A stretch of 64,000 nucleotides of DNA, from positions 1,774-65,773 of the forward strand of contig CADCTC010000312.1 in assembly GCA_902805635.1 (NCBI GenBank), written 5' to 3'. This DNA is from an uncultured Chloroflexota bacterium (GTDB lineage Bacteria; Chloroflexota; UBA11872; UBA12225). Both the position numbers and the translations under genes were made by a program. The notes beneath the pieces are model-generated. The model was not told the DNA's origin, ran no database searches, and worked only from the letters and a program-made list of their open reading frames with translations. This document shows positions 27,876 to 37,345 of the stretch, piece after piece (the first letter of the stretch is position 1; every line of letters begins with the position of its first letter).

Positions 27876-28952
27876 ATGCTTCCATTCCCTGAGCGCAGGC
27901 TTTCGGAGCGCCAGGAGCGCATCCTCAAAGCCATCATCGAGAGCCACATCAGCCACGCGGCGCCCGTCGCGTCGGAGACGCTGGTGCGCGAGCACGCGCT
28001 GGGCGTCTCGTCGGCAACCGTGCGCAACGAGATGGCCGAGCTCGAGCAGGCCGGCTACATCCACCAACCGCACACGTCCGCCGGTCGCACTCCGTCGGAG
28101 CTGGGCTACCGTTACTTCGTCCAGCGCTTGATGGAAGAGCAGCGCATCCCGCGCTCCGAGCAGCTGACCATCAGGCACCAGTTCCACCAAGTGGCGCTCG
28201 CGCGCGAGCAGTGGCTGCAGCTCGCCGCTGCGGTGCTTGCGCGTTCGGTGCACGCCGCAGCCATCGTTAGCTCACCACAAACCGTGGAGTGCCGCGTCAA
28301 GCACTTCGAGACGCTGCTCATGCAGGATGGCCTGGCGCTGCTCGTCCTGGTCCTCCAGGAGGGCACTGTCAAGCAGCAGCTGGTTCAGCTGCCCGAAGAT
28401 ACGTCCCAGGAAGACCTCTCGCGCGCGGCCAACCGCTTGAACGCGCTGTTCCGCGGCAAGAGCCGGCGCGAGATCGCCACACTTGCCGAGACCTTCAACC
28501 CCGGCGAGGACCTGGTGCAGCGCGCCGTCCTGCTGCTCATGGCGCAGATCGACGCACTCGAGGCGGTGACGGTCTACCACGATGGCCTGGTGGAGCTACT
28601 CGACCAGCCCGAGTTTGCCCGCGTCGAGCGCGCGCGCGCCATCGTGGAGGTGCTCGAGCGACCGCAGACGATGCGCGACCTTCTGCCTGTCATGCCGGCC
28701 GAGAACGGGGTGCAGATTCTGATCGGCAGCGAGAACCGCAGGGAGTGGATGCGCGAGTGCGCGTTTGTCCTGGCCCGCTACGGCGAAGCCGGCGACGTCA
28801 CCGGCGTGGTGGGCATCCTCGGTCCCTTGCGCCTCTCGTACAGCGTCGCCGTCCCGGCTGTTCGCTACGTCTCACGCATCATGACCGAGCTGCTGGGCGA
28901 TACCAGCGGCCGGCCAGAACCACAAGTTCCCCCCACGAGTGACCCACCATGA
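27876..28952 (+). CDS. hrcA: heat-inducible transcription repressor HrcA
   Basis: LSERQERILKAIIESHISHAAPVASETL...SSATVRNEMAELEQAGYIHQPHTSAGRTPS, 358 aa. Sits upstream of grpE-dnaK-dnaJ. Confidence 0.9.
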   Translation: MLPFPERRLSERQERILKAIIESHISHAAPVASETLVREHALGVSSATVRNEMAELEQAGYIHQPHTSAGRTPSELGYRYFVQRLMEEQRIPRSEQLTIRHQFHQVALAREQWLQLAAAVLARSVHAAAIVSSPQTVECRVKHFETLLMQDGLALLVLVLQEGTVKQQLVQLPEDTSQEDLSRAANRLNALFRGKSRREIATLAETFNPGEDLVQRAVLLLMAQIDALEAVTVYHDGLVELLDQPEFARVERARAIVEVLERPQTMRDLLPVMPAENGVQILIGSENRREWMRECAFVLARYGEAGDVTGVVGILGPLRLSYSVAVPAVRYVSRIMTELLGDTSGRPEPQVPPTSDPP

Positions 28953-29632
28953 CTGACACCGATACAACCCAAACACCCGGAGCAGCCGGGGAGACCCAGG
29001 CAGCCAACGGCGCTGCGGCCGGCCGCAGCGCTGAAGTGCGTGAGCTGGAACATCAGATCGAGGAAGCTCGCCAGAAGCAGAAGGAGGCCGAGCAGCGGGC
29101 CCAGGAGAACCTGGACCGCTGGCAGCGCGCCCAGGCCGACCTGGCTAACTTCCGGCGCCGCACCCAGTTCGATCGTGAGGAGCTCTCCAAGTACGCCACC
29201 GCGTCGCTCATCGAGACGCTCCTGCCCGTATTGGATAGCTTTGACCGCGCGTGGCAGACGCTTCCGGGCAGCCTGCGCCGCCTCACGTGGCTGTCCGGCA
29301 TCGCCATGATCCACTCCCAGCTACGCGGCACGCTCGAGCGCCTGGGCCTGCAGGAGATCGAGGCGGAGGGCAAGCCGTTCGACCCGTCGCTCCACGAAGC
29401 CGTGGACCGCGTCGAAGGCGATGGTGCGCCGCACGTTGTCACTGTCTACCAGGCCGGCTACAAGCTCCACGAGCGGGTCCTGCGCCCCACCCTCGTTAAG
29501 GCTGGGCCAAAACCCGCGACTGCCGCCCAGACCGCTCAGGCGACGGCGAACGACACGGAGGAAACGCGCGAGGCGACCGAGCCGGCAACTTCGGGCCAGT
29601 CGCCAGAGCAAGCGGACTCGGCCAATGGCTAA
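28949..29632 (+). CDS. grpE: nucleotide exchange factor GrpE
   Basis: [58 protein letters not shown] overlap with hrcA. Confidence 0.9.
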   Translation: MTDTDTTQTPGAAGETQAANGAAAGRSAEVRELEHQIEEARQKQKEAEQRAQENLDRWQRAQADLANFRRRTQFDREELSKYATASLIETLLPVLDSFDRAWQTLPGSLRRLTWLSGIAMIHSQLRGTLERLGLQEIEAEGKPFDPSLHEAVDRVEGDGAPHVVTVYQAGYKLHERVLRPTLVKAGPKPATAAQTAQATANDTEETREATEPATSGQSPEQADSANG

Positions 29633-31553
29633 GACGATCGGCATCGATCTCGGCACGACCAACTCCTGCGTTGCCGTCCTGGAGGGCGGGCAGCCGGTGG
29701 TCATACCCAACGCCGAGGGCGCGCGCACTACGCCGTCGGTGCTGGCATTCTCGCGCAGCGGCGAGCGCCTGGTTGGGTCCATCGCCAAGCGTCAGGCCAT
29801 CACCAATCCGGAGAACACCGTCTCGTCCATCAAGCGCTTCATGGGCCGGCGCTACGCCGAGCCCGATGTCGAGCGCGACCGCTCGCTGATGCCGTACCCA
29901 GTCGTGCAGGCGCCCAACGGCGACATCCGCGTGCGATTGCAGGGGAGCGAGTACGCGCCCCCCGAGATTTCGGCCATGATCCTTCAGAAGCTGAAGTCGG
30001 ACGCCGAGGCGTACCTGGGCGAGCCGGTCACCGCTGCGGTGATCACCGTTCCCGCCTACTTTTCAGATAGCCAGCGGCAGGCCACGAAAGACGCCGGCCA
30101 GATCGCCGGCCTGGAAGTCAAGCGAATTATCAACGAGCCAACCGCGGCGTCGCTTGCCTACGGTCTCAACAAAGAGGGTGACCGGCGAGTGGTGGTCTAT
30201 GACCTTGGTGGCGGCACCTTCGACGTCTCTGTTCTTGAGATCGGCGAAGGCGTCTTCGAGGTGCGTGCTACCGCGGGTGATACCCACCTCGGCGGCGACG
30301 ACTTCGACGCGCGTATCATCGACTGGCTGGCGGATGGGTTCAACGCCAGCCAAGGCGTGGACCTGCGGCAGGACAAGATGGCGCTGCAGCGGCTCAAGGA
30401 AGCCGCGGAGAAGGCCAAGATCGAGCTCTCAAGCGCCGTGGAAACCGAGGTCAACCTGCCGTTCATCACGGCGGACGCTAAGGGACCGAAGCACCTCAAC
30501 GTCATCCTCACCCGCGCCAAGCTCGAGCAACTCGTCTCAGACCTGCTGGAGCGCACCGTCGAGCCGGCCAAGCGCGCGCTGGCCGACTCCCGCCTGAGTC
30601 CCGAGCAGATCGACGACGTGATCCTGGTCGGCGGCCAGACACGCATGCCGGCGGTGCACGCGCTGGTCAAGCGCGTCTTCGGACGCGAGCCCCACAAGGG
30701 GGTCAACCCCGACGAGGTGGTTGCCGTTGGCGCGGCTATCCAGGCCGGCGTACTGACCGGCGAAGTTACCGATCTGCTGCTGCTCGACGTGACGCCGCTC
30801 TCGCTGGGCATCCGCACGCTGGGCGGCGTCTTCTCGCGGTTGATCGACCGCAACACCACCATCCCTACGTCGCGCGCGCAGGCATTCAGCACCGCCTCAG
30901 ACAATCAGCGCCGGGTGGAGATCCAGGTCTACCAGGGTGAGCGGGAGATCGCCGAGAAGAACCACCACCTCGGCAAATTCGACCTGGACGGCCTGCCACC
31001 CGCGCCGCGGGGCGTGCCGCAGATCGACGTAACGTTCGATATCGACGCGAACGGCATCTTGAACGTCTCCGCGCGGGAGCGCGAGAGTGGCCGCGAGCAG
31101 AAGATCAATGTCTCCGGAGCCAGCCGCCTGTCGTCAGAAGAGATCGAGAAGATGGTCTCGGAGGCGCAGCAGCACGCCGCCGAAGACGCCGAACGGCGCG
31201 AGCGCATCGAAGCGCGCAATACCGCCGACGGCCTGCTGTACCAGGCTGAGCGCTTTCTGGTGACGCTTGACGAGGCGCTGCCGGAGGAGATCCGCCAGGA
31301 CGTGGAGGCGAAGACCGCCGCTGTCCGAAGTGCGCTCGATGCCGACGACACAGCGCACTTGCGAGAGGCAGTGCGCGAGCTGCGTGACACGTTGATCAAC
31401 CTCAATCCGGGCCGTGAAGCCGCTCCCGTCCCCGATGCTGCCCCCGACGGCGCCGTCGATACCGGGGCAGAGGCGGACGGGACTGCGAACGCCCCGGACG
31501 CTGAAGCGCCAACCGCCGCTGCGGGAACCGGCGGGCCATCTACCCAGTCCTAG
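29625..31553 (+). CDS. dnaK: molecular chaperone DnaK (Hsp70)
   Basis: [42 protein letters not shown]. The ATG at 29625 lies inside the longer ORF-track frame and overlaps the grpE end by 8 nt. Confidence 0.95.
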   Translation: MAKTIGIDLGTTNSCVAVLEGGQPVVIPNAEGARTTPSVLAFSRSGERLVGSIAKRQAITNPENTVSSIKRFMGRRYAEPDVERDRSLMPYPVVQAPNGDIRVRLQGSEYAPPEISAMILQKLKSDAEAYLGEPVTAAVITVPAYFSDSQRQATKDAGQIAGLEVKRIINEPTAASLAYGLNKEGDRRVVVYDLGGGTFDVSVLEIGEGVFEVRATAGDTHLGGDDFDARIIDWLADGFNASQGVDLRQDKMALQRLKEAAEKAKIELSSAVETEVNLPFITADAKGPKHLNVILTRAKLEQLVSDLLERTVEPAKRALADSRLSPEQIDDVILVGGQTRMPAVHALVKRVFGREPHKGVNPDEVVAVGAAIQAGVLTGEVTDLLLLDVTPLSLGIRTLGGVFSRLIDRNTTIPTSRAQAFSTASDNQRRVEIQVYQGEREIAEKNHHLGKFDLDGLPPAPRGVPQIDVTFDIDANGILNVSARERESGREQKINVSGASRLSSEEIEKMVSEAQQHAAEDAERRERIEARNTADGLLYQAERFLVTLDEALPEEIRQDVEAKTAAVRSALDADDTAHLREAVRELRDTLINLNPGREAAPVPDAAPDGAVDTGAEADGTANAPDAEAPTAAAGTGGPSTQS

Positions 31554-31643
31554 CCAGCTTCCGCTTTCCCATCACCTCCCGCATACTGCCTGCACGCCCC
31601 TCAGCACTCAGCACACGTATCACCACTCGCTGCATACCTTCCA

Positions 31644-32894
31644 ATGTCACGTACCATGGCCGACAAACGCGATTACTACGAAGTGCTGGGCATCCAGCGC
31701 GGCGCTGCTGCCGACGAGATCAAGCGTGCCTACCGGCAGCTTGCGCGCAAGTTCCATCCGGACGTCAACAAGGACCCCGACGCTGAGTCGCGCTTCAAGG
31801 AAGTCAGCGAGGCGTACGAGGTGCTCTCCGACGACCGCAAGCGCCAGATGTACGACCAGTTCGGTCACGCCGGGCCGCGCGGCGCCGGCGGCGCTGGCGT
31901 CGAGGGCTTCCCATTTGGCGACATCGGCGACCTGTTCGAGAGTTTCTTCGGCGGCGCCACCTCGGGCCGACGCGGTCCGCAGCGTGGTAGCGACCTGCGC
32001 CTGCGCCTGGAGCTCACGTTCGAGGAGGCTGTCTTCGGCGTTGACCGTGAGGTGCAGCTGCCGCGCTCGGAGAGCTGCCTCATCTGCGGCGGGTCTGGCG
32101 CTGAGCCCGGCAAGCAGCCAGTGCGCTGCACCAAGTGTGGCGGCTCGGGCGAGGTACGCCGCGTCCAGCAGTCTATCTTCGGCCAGTTCGTGAACGTGAC
32201 GCCATGCGACCGGTGCCGGGGCGAAGGCCAGATCGTGGAGCACCGCTGCAAGGAGTGCAGCGGTCGCGGACGCGTCGAGCGCGTCCGGGCCATCCAGGTC
32301 CCCGTCCCACCCGGTGTGGACGACGGCACCGAGATGCGCATGCCGGGGCAGGGCGAAGGTGGTGATAAGGGCGGACCCAACGGCGACCTGTACGTGGTCT
32401 TCCAGGTCAAGCCACACCCAGTGCTCAAGCGCGACGGCTTCGATCTGGTCTACGAGCTGCCGCTGAACGTCGCTCAGGCAGCACTCGGCGCGGAGGTCAC
32501 CGTCCCCACGCTGGAAGGCGACGAGGTGCTCACCGTGCCGCCGGGGACGCAGCACGGTCGCGTCCTGCGCGTGCGCGAGAAGGGCGTCCCCAAGCTCCAG
32601 CGCAGTGGCATCACCGCCGGGCGTGGCGACTTCCGGACTGTCGTCCGGGTCGAGGTCCCAAAACAACTCACCAGCCGCCAGCGCGAGCTGCTCGAGGAGC
32701 TCGCCGCCTCCTTTGAGGGTCGCGAGCACGCTCCGGCCGCAGCAGCAGCGGGCCCTGCAGTCGCCCGGCCTGACAACCCGAACGGCCGCGTCAGCTCCAA
32801 TCGCAGGGACAAGAAGCGCAATAAGAAGGGCTTCTTCGACAAGGTCAAGGAGGCGGTTGGCCTCGATGACGACGGTGAGGGCGCCGACGGCTAG
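31644..32894 (+). CDS. dnaJ: co-chaperone DnaJ
   Basis: J-domain (DYYEVLGI...KRAYRQLARKFHPDVNKD), a G/F region, and four CxxCxGxG repeats (CLICGGSG, CTKCGGSG, CDRCRGEG, CKECSGRG). An alternative ATG is at 31656. Confidence 0.9.
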   Translation: MSRTMADKRDYYEVLGIQRGAAADEIKRAYRQLARKFHPDVNKDPDAESRFKEVSEAYEVLSDDRKRQMYDQFGHAGPRGAGGAGVEGFPFGDIGDLFESFFGGATSGRRGPQRGSDLRLRLELTFEEAVFGVDREVQLPRSESCLICGGSGAEPGKQPVRCTKCGGSGEVRRVQQSIFGQFVNVTPCDRCRGEGQIVEHRCKECSGRGRVERVRAIQVPVPPGVDDGTEMRMPGQGEGGDKGGPNGDLYVVFQVKPHPVLKRDGFDLVYELPLNVAQAALGAEVTVPTLEGDEVLTVPPGTQHGRVLRVREKGVPKLQRSGITAGRGDFRTVVRVEVPKQLTSRQRELLEELAASFEGREHAPAAAAAGPAVARPDNPNGRVSSNRRDKKRNKKGFFDKVKEAVGLDDDGEGADG

Positions 32895-32958
32895 TCTCCG
32901 TCCGGCGATGCTCTGAGCGTTTGGCCAAAACCGCGGCCGCGCGTCAGAGTAGGCAAGC

Positions 32959-34038
32959 GTGTCAGCGAGAGCGTTGCGGAACCGCCCTTACCGGCAGACA
33001 GCGCCGGTTCCGCTGGCCGTGCTCGCCCTCACCACTCTCGCCACGTGTTGGTGCCTGGACAAGCGCCACCGGGTGCACGTCGCTGTCCTTTTCTTCGTGC
33101 TGACGGTGGCGCCGCCGTTTCTCCCTGAACCGTCGGCGTGGGCGGCGCCGACTGGTCTCCCGGCCATCGTCGCCGCGCTTCCTCGTCCTGAGGAGCTGCG
33201 ACTCCGCACGTGGTCGCTTCCGTCAATCCCTGCGTGGCTGACCGGGAGCAGCACGATCGCCAGTACTGAGTCACACAGCGGCACCACCATTGTCCAGCCG
33301 TCTCGCCAATCGGAAGCGTCCGCTGTGCAGCTGGCGCCGGAACCAGCGCCGCTCCAAGTCCAGGGAGCAGCTGCGCCCGCCACCAGGCAGCCTTGGCGCG
33401 CATCAGAGCTAGCGACGGCGCCCTATCCTGAGCGGGTGGAGCGCTGGCGCTCCGTCGTGCGCGAGCTCATGGCCGAAGCGTGGGATGAGGGGCGCCTGGA
33501 CGGCCCTGCAGCCCGGCTGGACGACGACCTGGTGCTCGCCCTAATCCGCCAGGAAAGCGCCGGCGATCCCACTGCGCTCAGTTGGGCGAAGGCAATTGGG
33601 CTAATGCAGGTGATGCCCTTCACGTTCGCCGAGATGCTGCACGGCGATCGTGCGCTCACCTGCGCCATCGACCCGGCAGCTATGTGGGACGTGCGCTCCA
33701 ACGTGCGTGCCGGATTACGATACCTTGCGCTGGCGATGCAGGCTCACGAGGGCAACGTCTACTGGGCCCTGGCTTCATACAACGCCGGGATAGACGCCGC
33801 GCGCGATTGGCGCGCCGCCGGCCTCTACGCGGTGCCGCCGATCGGCGGCTACACCGAGACGGCCAACTACACGCAAGTGATCCTGCGTGACTACCTGCGC
33901 CGCCGCCCCGACGTGACGATGCACGTACCGGACCCTATGCCCGCGTCGCACGTGCCGGGCGCGGTTTTTCTCCTGCGCGGCCTGGAGGCCCGCAATGGTG
34001 CCCGGGCGCCGGAGTGGTACCCGCGCTGCGGTGCCTAG
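32959..34038 (+). CDS. lytic transglycosylase (SLT domain) protein with an N-terminal TM/secretion segment
   Basis: LALIRQESAGDPTALSWAKAIGLMQVMPFTF...ASYNAGIDAA. The start codon is uncertain. Confidence 0.7.
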   Translation: MSARALRNRPYRQTAPVPLAVLALTTLATCWCLDKRHRVHVAVLFFVLTVAPPFLPEPSAWAAPTGLPAIVAALPRPEELRLRTWSLPSIPAWLTGSSTIASTESHSGTTIVQPSRQSEASAVQLAPEPAPLQVQGAAAPATRQPWRASELATAPYPERVERWRSVVRELMAEAWDEGRLDGPAARLDDDLVLALIRQESAGDPTALSWAKAIGLMQVMPFTFAEMLHGDRALTCAIDPAAMWDVRSNVRAGLRYLALAMQAHEGNVYWALASYNAGIDAARDWRAAGLYAVPPIGGYTETANYTQVILRDYLRRRPDVTMHVPDPMPASHVPGAVFLLRGLEARNGARAPEWYPRCGA

Positions 34039-34066
34039 ACCCTTTCCTGGGCGCCCGGTTAATGGC

Positions 34067-36295
34067 TTAGCCGTCGCGCACAGTCGCCAGCAGCACGGCC
34101 TGGCTGTCCACGGCGCGGGCGCCGTCCGCCGGACGCACGCGCGTGTAGGTCCCGTCCGGCTGAAGCTCACGGGCACGTGCCGTGTCGCGTAGGTAGAGGC
34201 CCAGCACGTGGTCCCTCACCTGAGCGCGCCACGCCTCATCCAGGATCGGCGTCACAGTCTCCACTCGCCGGTCCAGGTTGCGCGCCATGATGTCCGCGCT
34301 GCCCATGTACAGCTCCTCCTTCCCGCCGTTACGGAAGTAAAAGAGCCGGCTGTGCTCAAGGAAGCGGCCCACCACGCTCACCACACGGATGTTCTCGGAG
34401 AGGCCCGGCACTCCCGGCCGCAGGCAGCACATGCCGCGCACGATCAGGTCGATTTTTACGCCGGCCTCCGACGCTCTGTACAGCAGCTCGATGATGCGGG
34501 GATCAGTCAGGCCATTGACCTTGATGATGATGTGGGCGTGCTCGCCGCGCGCCTTCCAGCTGATCTCACGGTCAATCAGCTCCACCAGCCGCCGGCGCCA
34601 GGAGACCGGCGACACGAGGATCTGCCGGTAGCGCTCCTGCCGGGACCAGCCCGTCAAATAATTGAACAGATCGGTCAGGTCCGCGCCAATCTCGGGGTTG
34701 GCGGTGAACAAGCCGACGTCGGTGTACAGCCGCGCGGTGGAGGCGTTGTAATTGCCCGTCGCGAGGTGGCAGTAACGCCGAATGCCATCCCCCTCGCGCC
34801 GCACGACCAGAGTGGCCTTACAGTGCGTTTTCAGGCCAATGATTCCGTACACCACGTGGACCCCGGCACGTTCCAGCGCGCGAGCCCACTCGATGTTGTT
34901 CTCCTCGTCGCCTCTCGCCTTCAGCTCAAGCAGCACCGCCACTTGCTTGTCGTTCTCGCGGGCGCGCATCAACGCCTCCACGATCGGCGAGTTCTCTCCC
35001 ACACGGTACAGCGTCTGCTTGATCGCCAGCACGTCCGGATCATCGGCCGCCGCTTCGATCAGCTGCACCACCGGCGCGAATGACTCGAAGGGGTGATGCA
35101 GCAGCAGGTCACGGCGGCGGATGATCGTGAAGATGCTCTCGCCCGACGAGAACAGCGCCGGCGTGCGCGGCACGAACGGCGGGTACTTCAGGTCCGGCCG
35201 GTCCAGGCTGGCCAGTGACATCAGGTCGCGCCGGCCCAGCGGCGCCCGCACCACGTTGCAAACCGCCTCATTGGCCTGCAGTTCGTCGATGAGCCGCTGC
35301 TTGAGCGAATCAGGCATGTCCGCGGTGTGCTCGAACCGCACCACGAAGCTGAACGACCGCTCGCGCAGGCTCTGCTTGACGGTGCTAAGCAAGTTCTCGC
35401 TATCGCGCTCGCGGATGTCCTGGTCGAAGTCGCGCGTGACGCGGAAGACGTAGCGACCGGTCACCTCCACACCCGGAAACAGCGAGTCGGCGTGCGCCGC
35501 AATGAGCGACTCCAGCCAGACGAAGTAGGCCGGCTGATGGCCGCCATCGAGCGCGGGGCTCGCGATGGGCGCGGCTGCGGAGGGAAGCGGCACCAGGCGC
35601 GGGAGATTGGGTGGGACCTTCACGCGTGCGAACCGCCGCCCCGCCTGCGGGTCCTCCAGCATGACCGCCAGGCTCAGGCTCAGGTGCGAGATGTGCGGGA
35701 ACGGGTGCGCCGGGTCTACCGCCAGCGGCGTCAGCACCGGGAATACGTCTTCCTCGAAGTAGCGCCTGGCGTATTCCAGCTGTCCATCGTCCAGCTGGTC
35801 CATGGTCAGCACGTGAACGCCTGCGCGCGCCAGCTCTGCGCTCAGCCCCTGCCAGCACGCCTCCTCGTCGTCCAGGAACGGCCGCAGCCGCTCTTCCACC
35901 GCTGCCAGTGCCTCGGTCGGCGTGCGCCCGTCCGGCAGCAGCCCGGCCGTCCCGGCCTGCACCCCCTCGCGCTGCGCACGTAGGCCCGAGACGGCGATGC
36001 CGAAGAACTCGTCCAAATTGGAATGCACGATGGCGTGGAATTTGACGCGCTCCAGCAGCGGGTGGCCGGGGTCCAGCGCCTCTTCCAGCACGCGGCGGTT
36101 GAACTCAAGCTGGCTGAGCTGGGCGTTGAACAGCCGCGTCGTTCCAGGTTGAGACGCCGGGCCGGCCACGGCCTGCGGCGCAGTTGGCGCGGAGGGCATC
36201 CCCTGCCGATTAAGGGCGGCCGGCGCCAACGCCTCGAGCGACGTCGGCGTACCGTTCGGACCGTGTGTGCTGGATGGGACCTGGGTCGTTGCCAC
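34067..36295 (-). CDS. ppk1: polyphosphate kinase 1
   Basis: FNRRVLEEALDPGHPLLERVKF, two PLD-like domains (HCKATLVVRRE..., GRFLEHSRLFYFRNGG), 742 aa with an N-terminal extension of about 50 aa. Confidence 0.9.
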   Translation of the reverse strand: MATTQVPSSTHGPNGTPTSLEALAPAALNRQGMPSAPTAPQAVAGPASQPGTTRLFNAQLSQLEFNRRVLEEALDPGHPLLERVKFHAIVHSNLDEFFGIAVSGLRAQREGVQAGTAGLLPDGRTPTEALAAVEERLRPFLDDEEACWQGLSAELARAGVHVLTMDQLDDGQLEYARRYFEEDVFPVLTPLAVDPAHPFPHISHLSLSLAVMLEDPQAGRRFARVKVPPNLPRLVPLPSAAAPIASPALDGGHQPAYFVWLESLIAAHADSLFPGVEVTGRYVFRVTRDFDQDIRERDSENLLSTVKQSLRERSFSFVVRFEHTADMPDSLKQRLIDELQANEAVCNVVRAPLGRRDLMSLASLDRPDLKYPPFVPRTPALFSSGESIFTIIRRRDLLLHHPFESFAPVVQLIEAAADDPDVLAIKQTLYRVGENSPIVEALMRARENDKQVAVLLELKARGDEENNIEWARALERAGVHVVYGIIGLKTHCKATLVVRREGDGIRRYCHLATGNYNASTARLYTDVGLFTANPEIGADLTDLFNYLTGWSRQERYRQILVSPVSWRRRLVELIDREISWKARGEHAHIIIKVNGLTDPRIIELLYRASEAGVKIDLIVRGMCCLRPGVPGLSENIRVVSVVGRFLEHSRLFYFRNGGKEELYMGSADIMARNLDRRVETVTPILDEAWRAQVRDHVLGLYLRDTARARELQPDGTYTRVRPADGARAVDSQAVLLATVRDG

Positions 36296-36385
36296 CGGGA
36301 TGCGTCTCTCCCCTCTGCGCCCGACGCTTCCCTTACGCTACCCACAACCCGCTCACTCGCGCAAGGACGCTATCGGGGCGGCATG

Positions 36386-37180
36386 CTACCCGAACGTGAA
36401 CACCACCCGCACGCGTGAGCGCACGGTGAGCTCGCCCGGTTGCACCGGCGGCGCCACGGCTCGGTCTGCCGCCGCCCCCAGCGACTGCGCCTGGATCTCG
36501 GCCCGCGCTACGGGCGGCCCGCCGCCCGACTCGTCAGACATCGTGCGCACGCCGGTCACCCGAACCCCGGCGGCGGCGGCCATCGCATCGGCTTTCGACC
36601 TCGCATCTCGCACTGCGGCGTCCAGCGCCTGCCGGCGCAGGCCGGCGTCGTCGAGGATGGAGAAACGGACGCCGCCCGCCACATTGGCCCCTGCGCCGAC
36701 CGCTACGTCGATCGCCTCTCCGGCGCGGGTGACTGGCTCCACCGTCACGTTGAGCGAGTTGGTGGCCTGATAGCCCGTGATCGGCGGCGGCTGCGTGTCG
36801 TCGGGCCGCGGCCGGCCGCGCACGGGGTTCAAATTGATCCCGCTCGTGCGCAGGTTCTTCTCTGGAATCCCCAGTCGCTTGAGGGCGTCGATCACCGGCG
36901 CCATCGCGGTCGAGTTCTGGTCGATCGCCTCGCGCGCAGTACGCGCCTCTGTCTGTACCGCCAGCGTGAGGTACGCCACGTCGGGCGCTGCGGTGGCCTC
37001 CCCGTCGCCCGCCACGGAGATAGTTTGCGCCGGCTCTACTGGCGCACCGCTCTGAGCATGGACAGTGGCCTGAGGCTGCAACCAGGGCCCGGCGAACGCC
37101 AGACCGGCGACTGCGCCGAGGGTCACCATACTTTTTGTCAGGGACCGTCCCGCCCGCTCCCCAATGTGGATAGCTGTCAT
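36386..37180 (-). CDS. SIMPL-domain (DUF541) secreted/periplasmic protein
   Basis: Signal-like N-terminus. ISVAGDGEATAAPDVAYLTLAVQTEARTAREA..., GYQATNSLNVTV, ELTVRSRVRVVF, 264 aa. Confidence 0.75.
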   Translation of the reverse strand: MTAIHIGERAGRSLTKSMVTLGAVAGLAFAGPWLQPQATVHAQSGAPVEPAQTISVAGDGEATAAPDVAYLTLAVQTEARTAREAIDQNSTAMAPVIDALKRLGIPEKNLRTSGINLNPVRGRPRPDDTQPPPITGYQATNSLNVTVEPVTRAGEAIDVAVGAGANVAGGVRFSILDDAGLRRQALDAAVRDARSKADAMAAAAGVRVTGVRTMSDESGGGPPVARAEIQAQSLGAAADRAVAPPVQPGELTVRSRVRVVFTFG

Positions 37181-37345
37181 TGTCGTAGCTTACGCTCCTT
37201 CACATAAGACTATGCGCGTCCGGCATTGACGTGGCAATAGTGAGGCAAGTAGATTCCCCCCGTCTTCCTGGCCCCGCACGCGCAGCATGCGGGCGTGTCA
37301 CCCGTTAGTGGTGTAGCTCAGGTGTGAGAAACTAGACGGCTAAAC

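Noticed and set aside
31601-31609. TCAGCACTC between dnaK and dnaJ resembles a CIRCE half-site.
   Set aside because: There is no matching inverted half (GAGTGCTAA) 9 nt downstream. Only the element at 27836..27862 is a complete inverted repeat.
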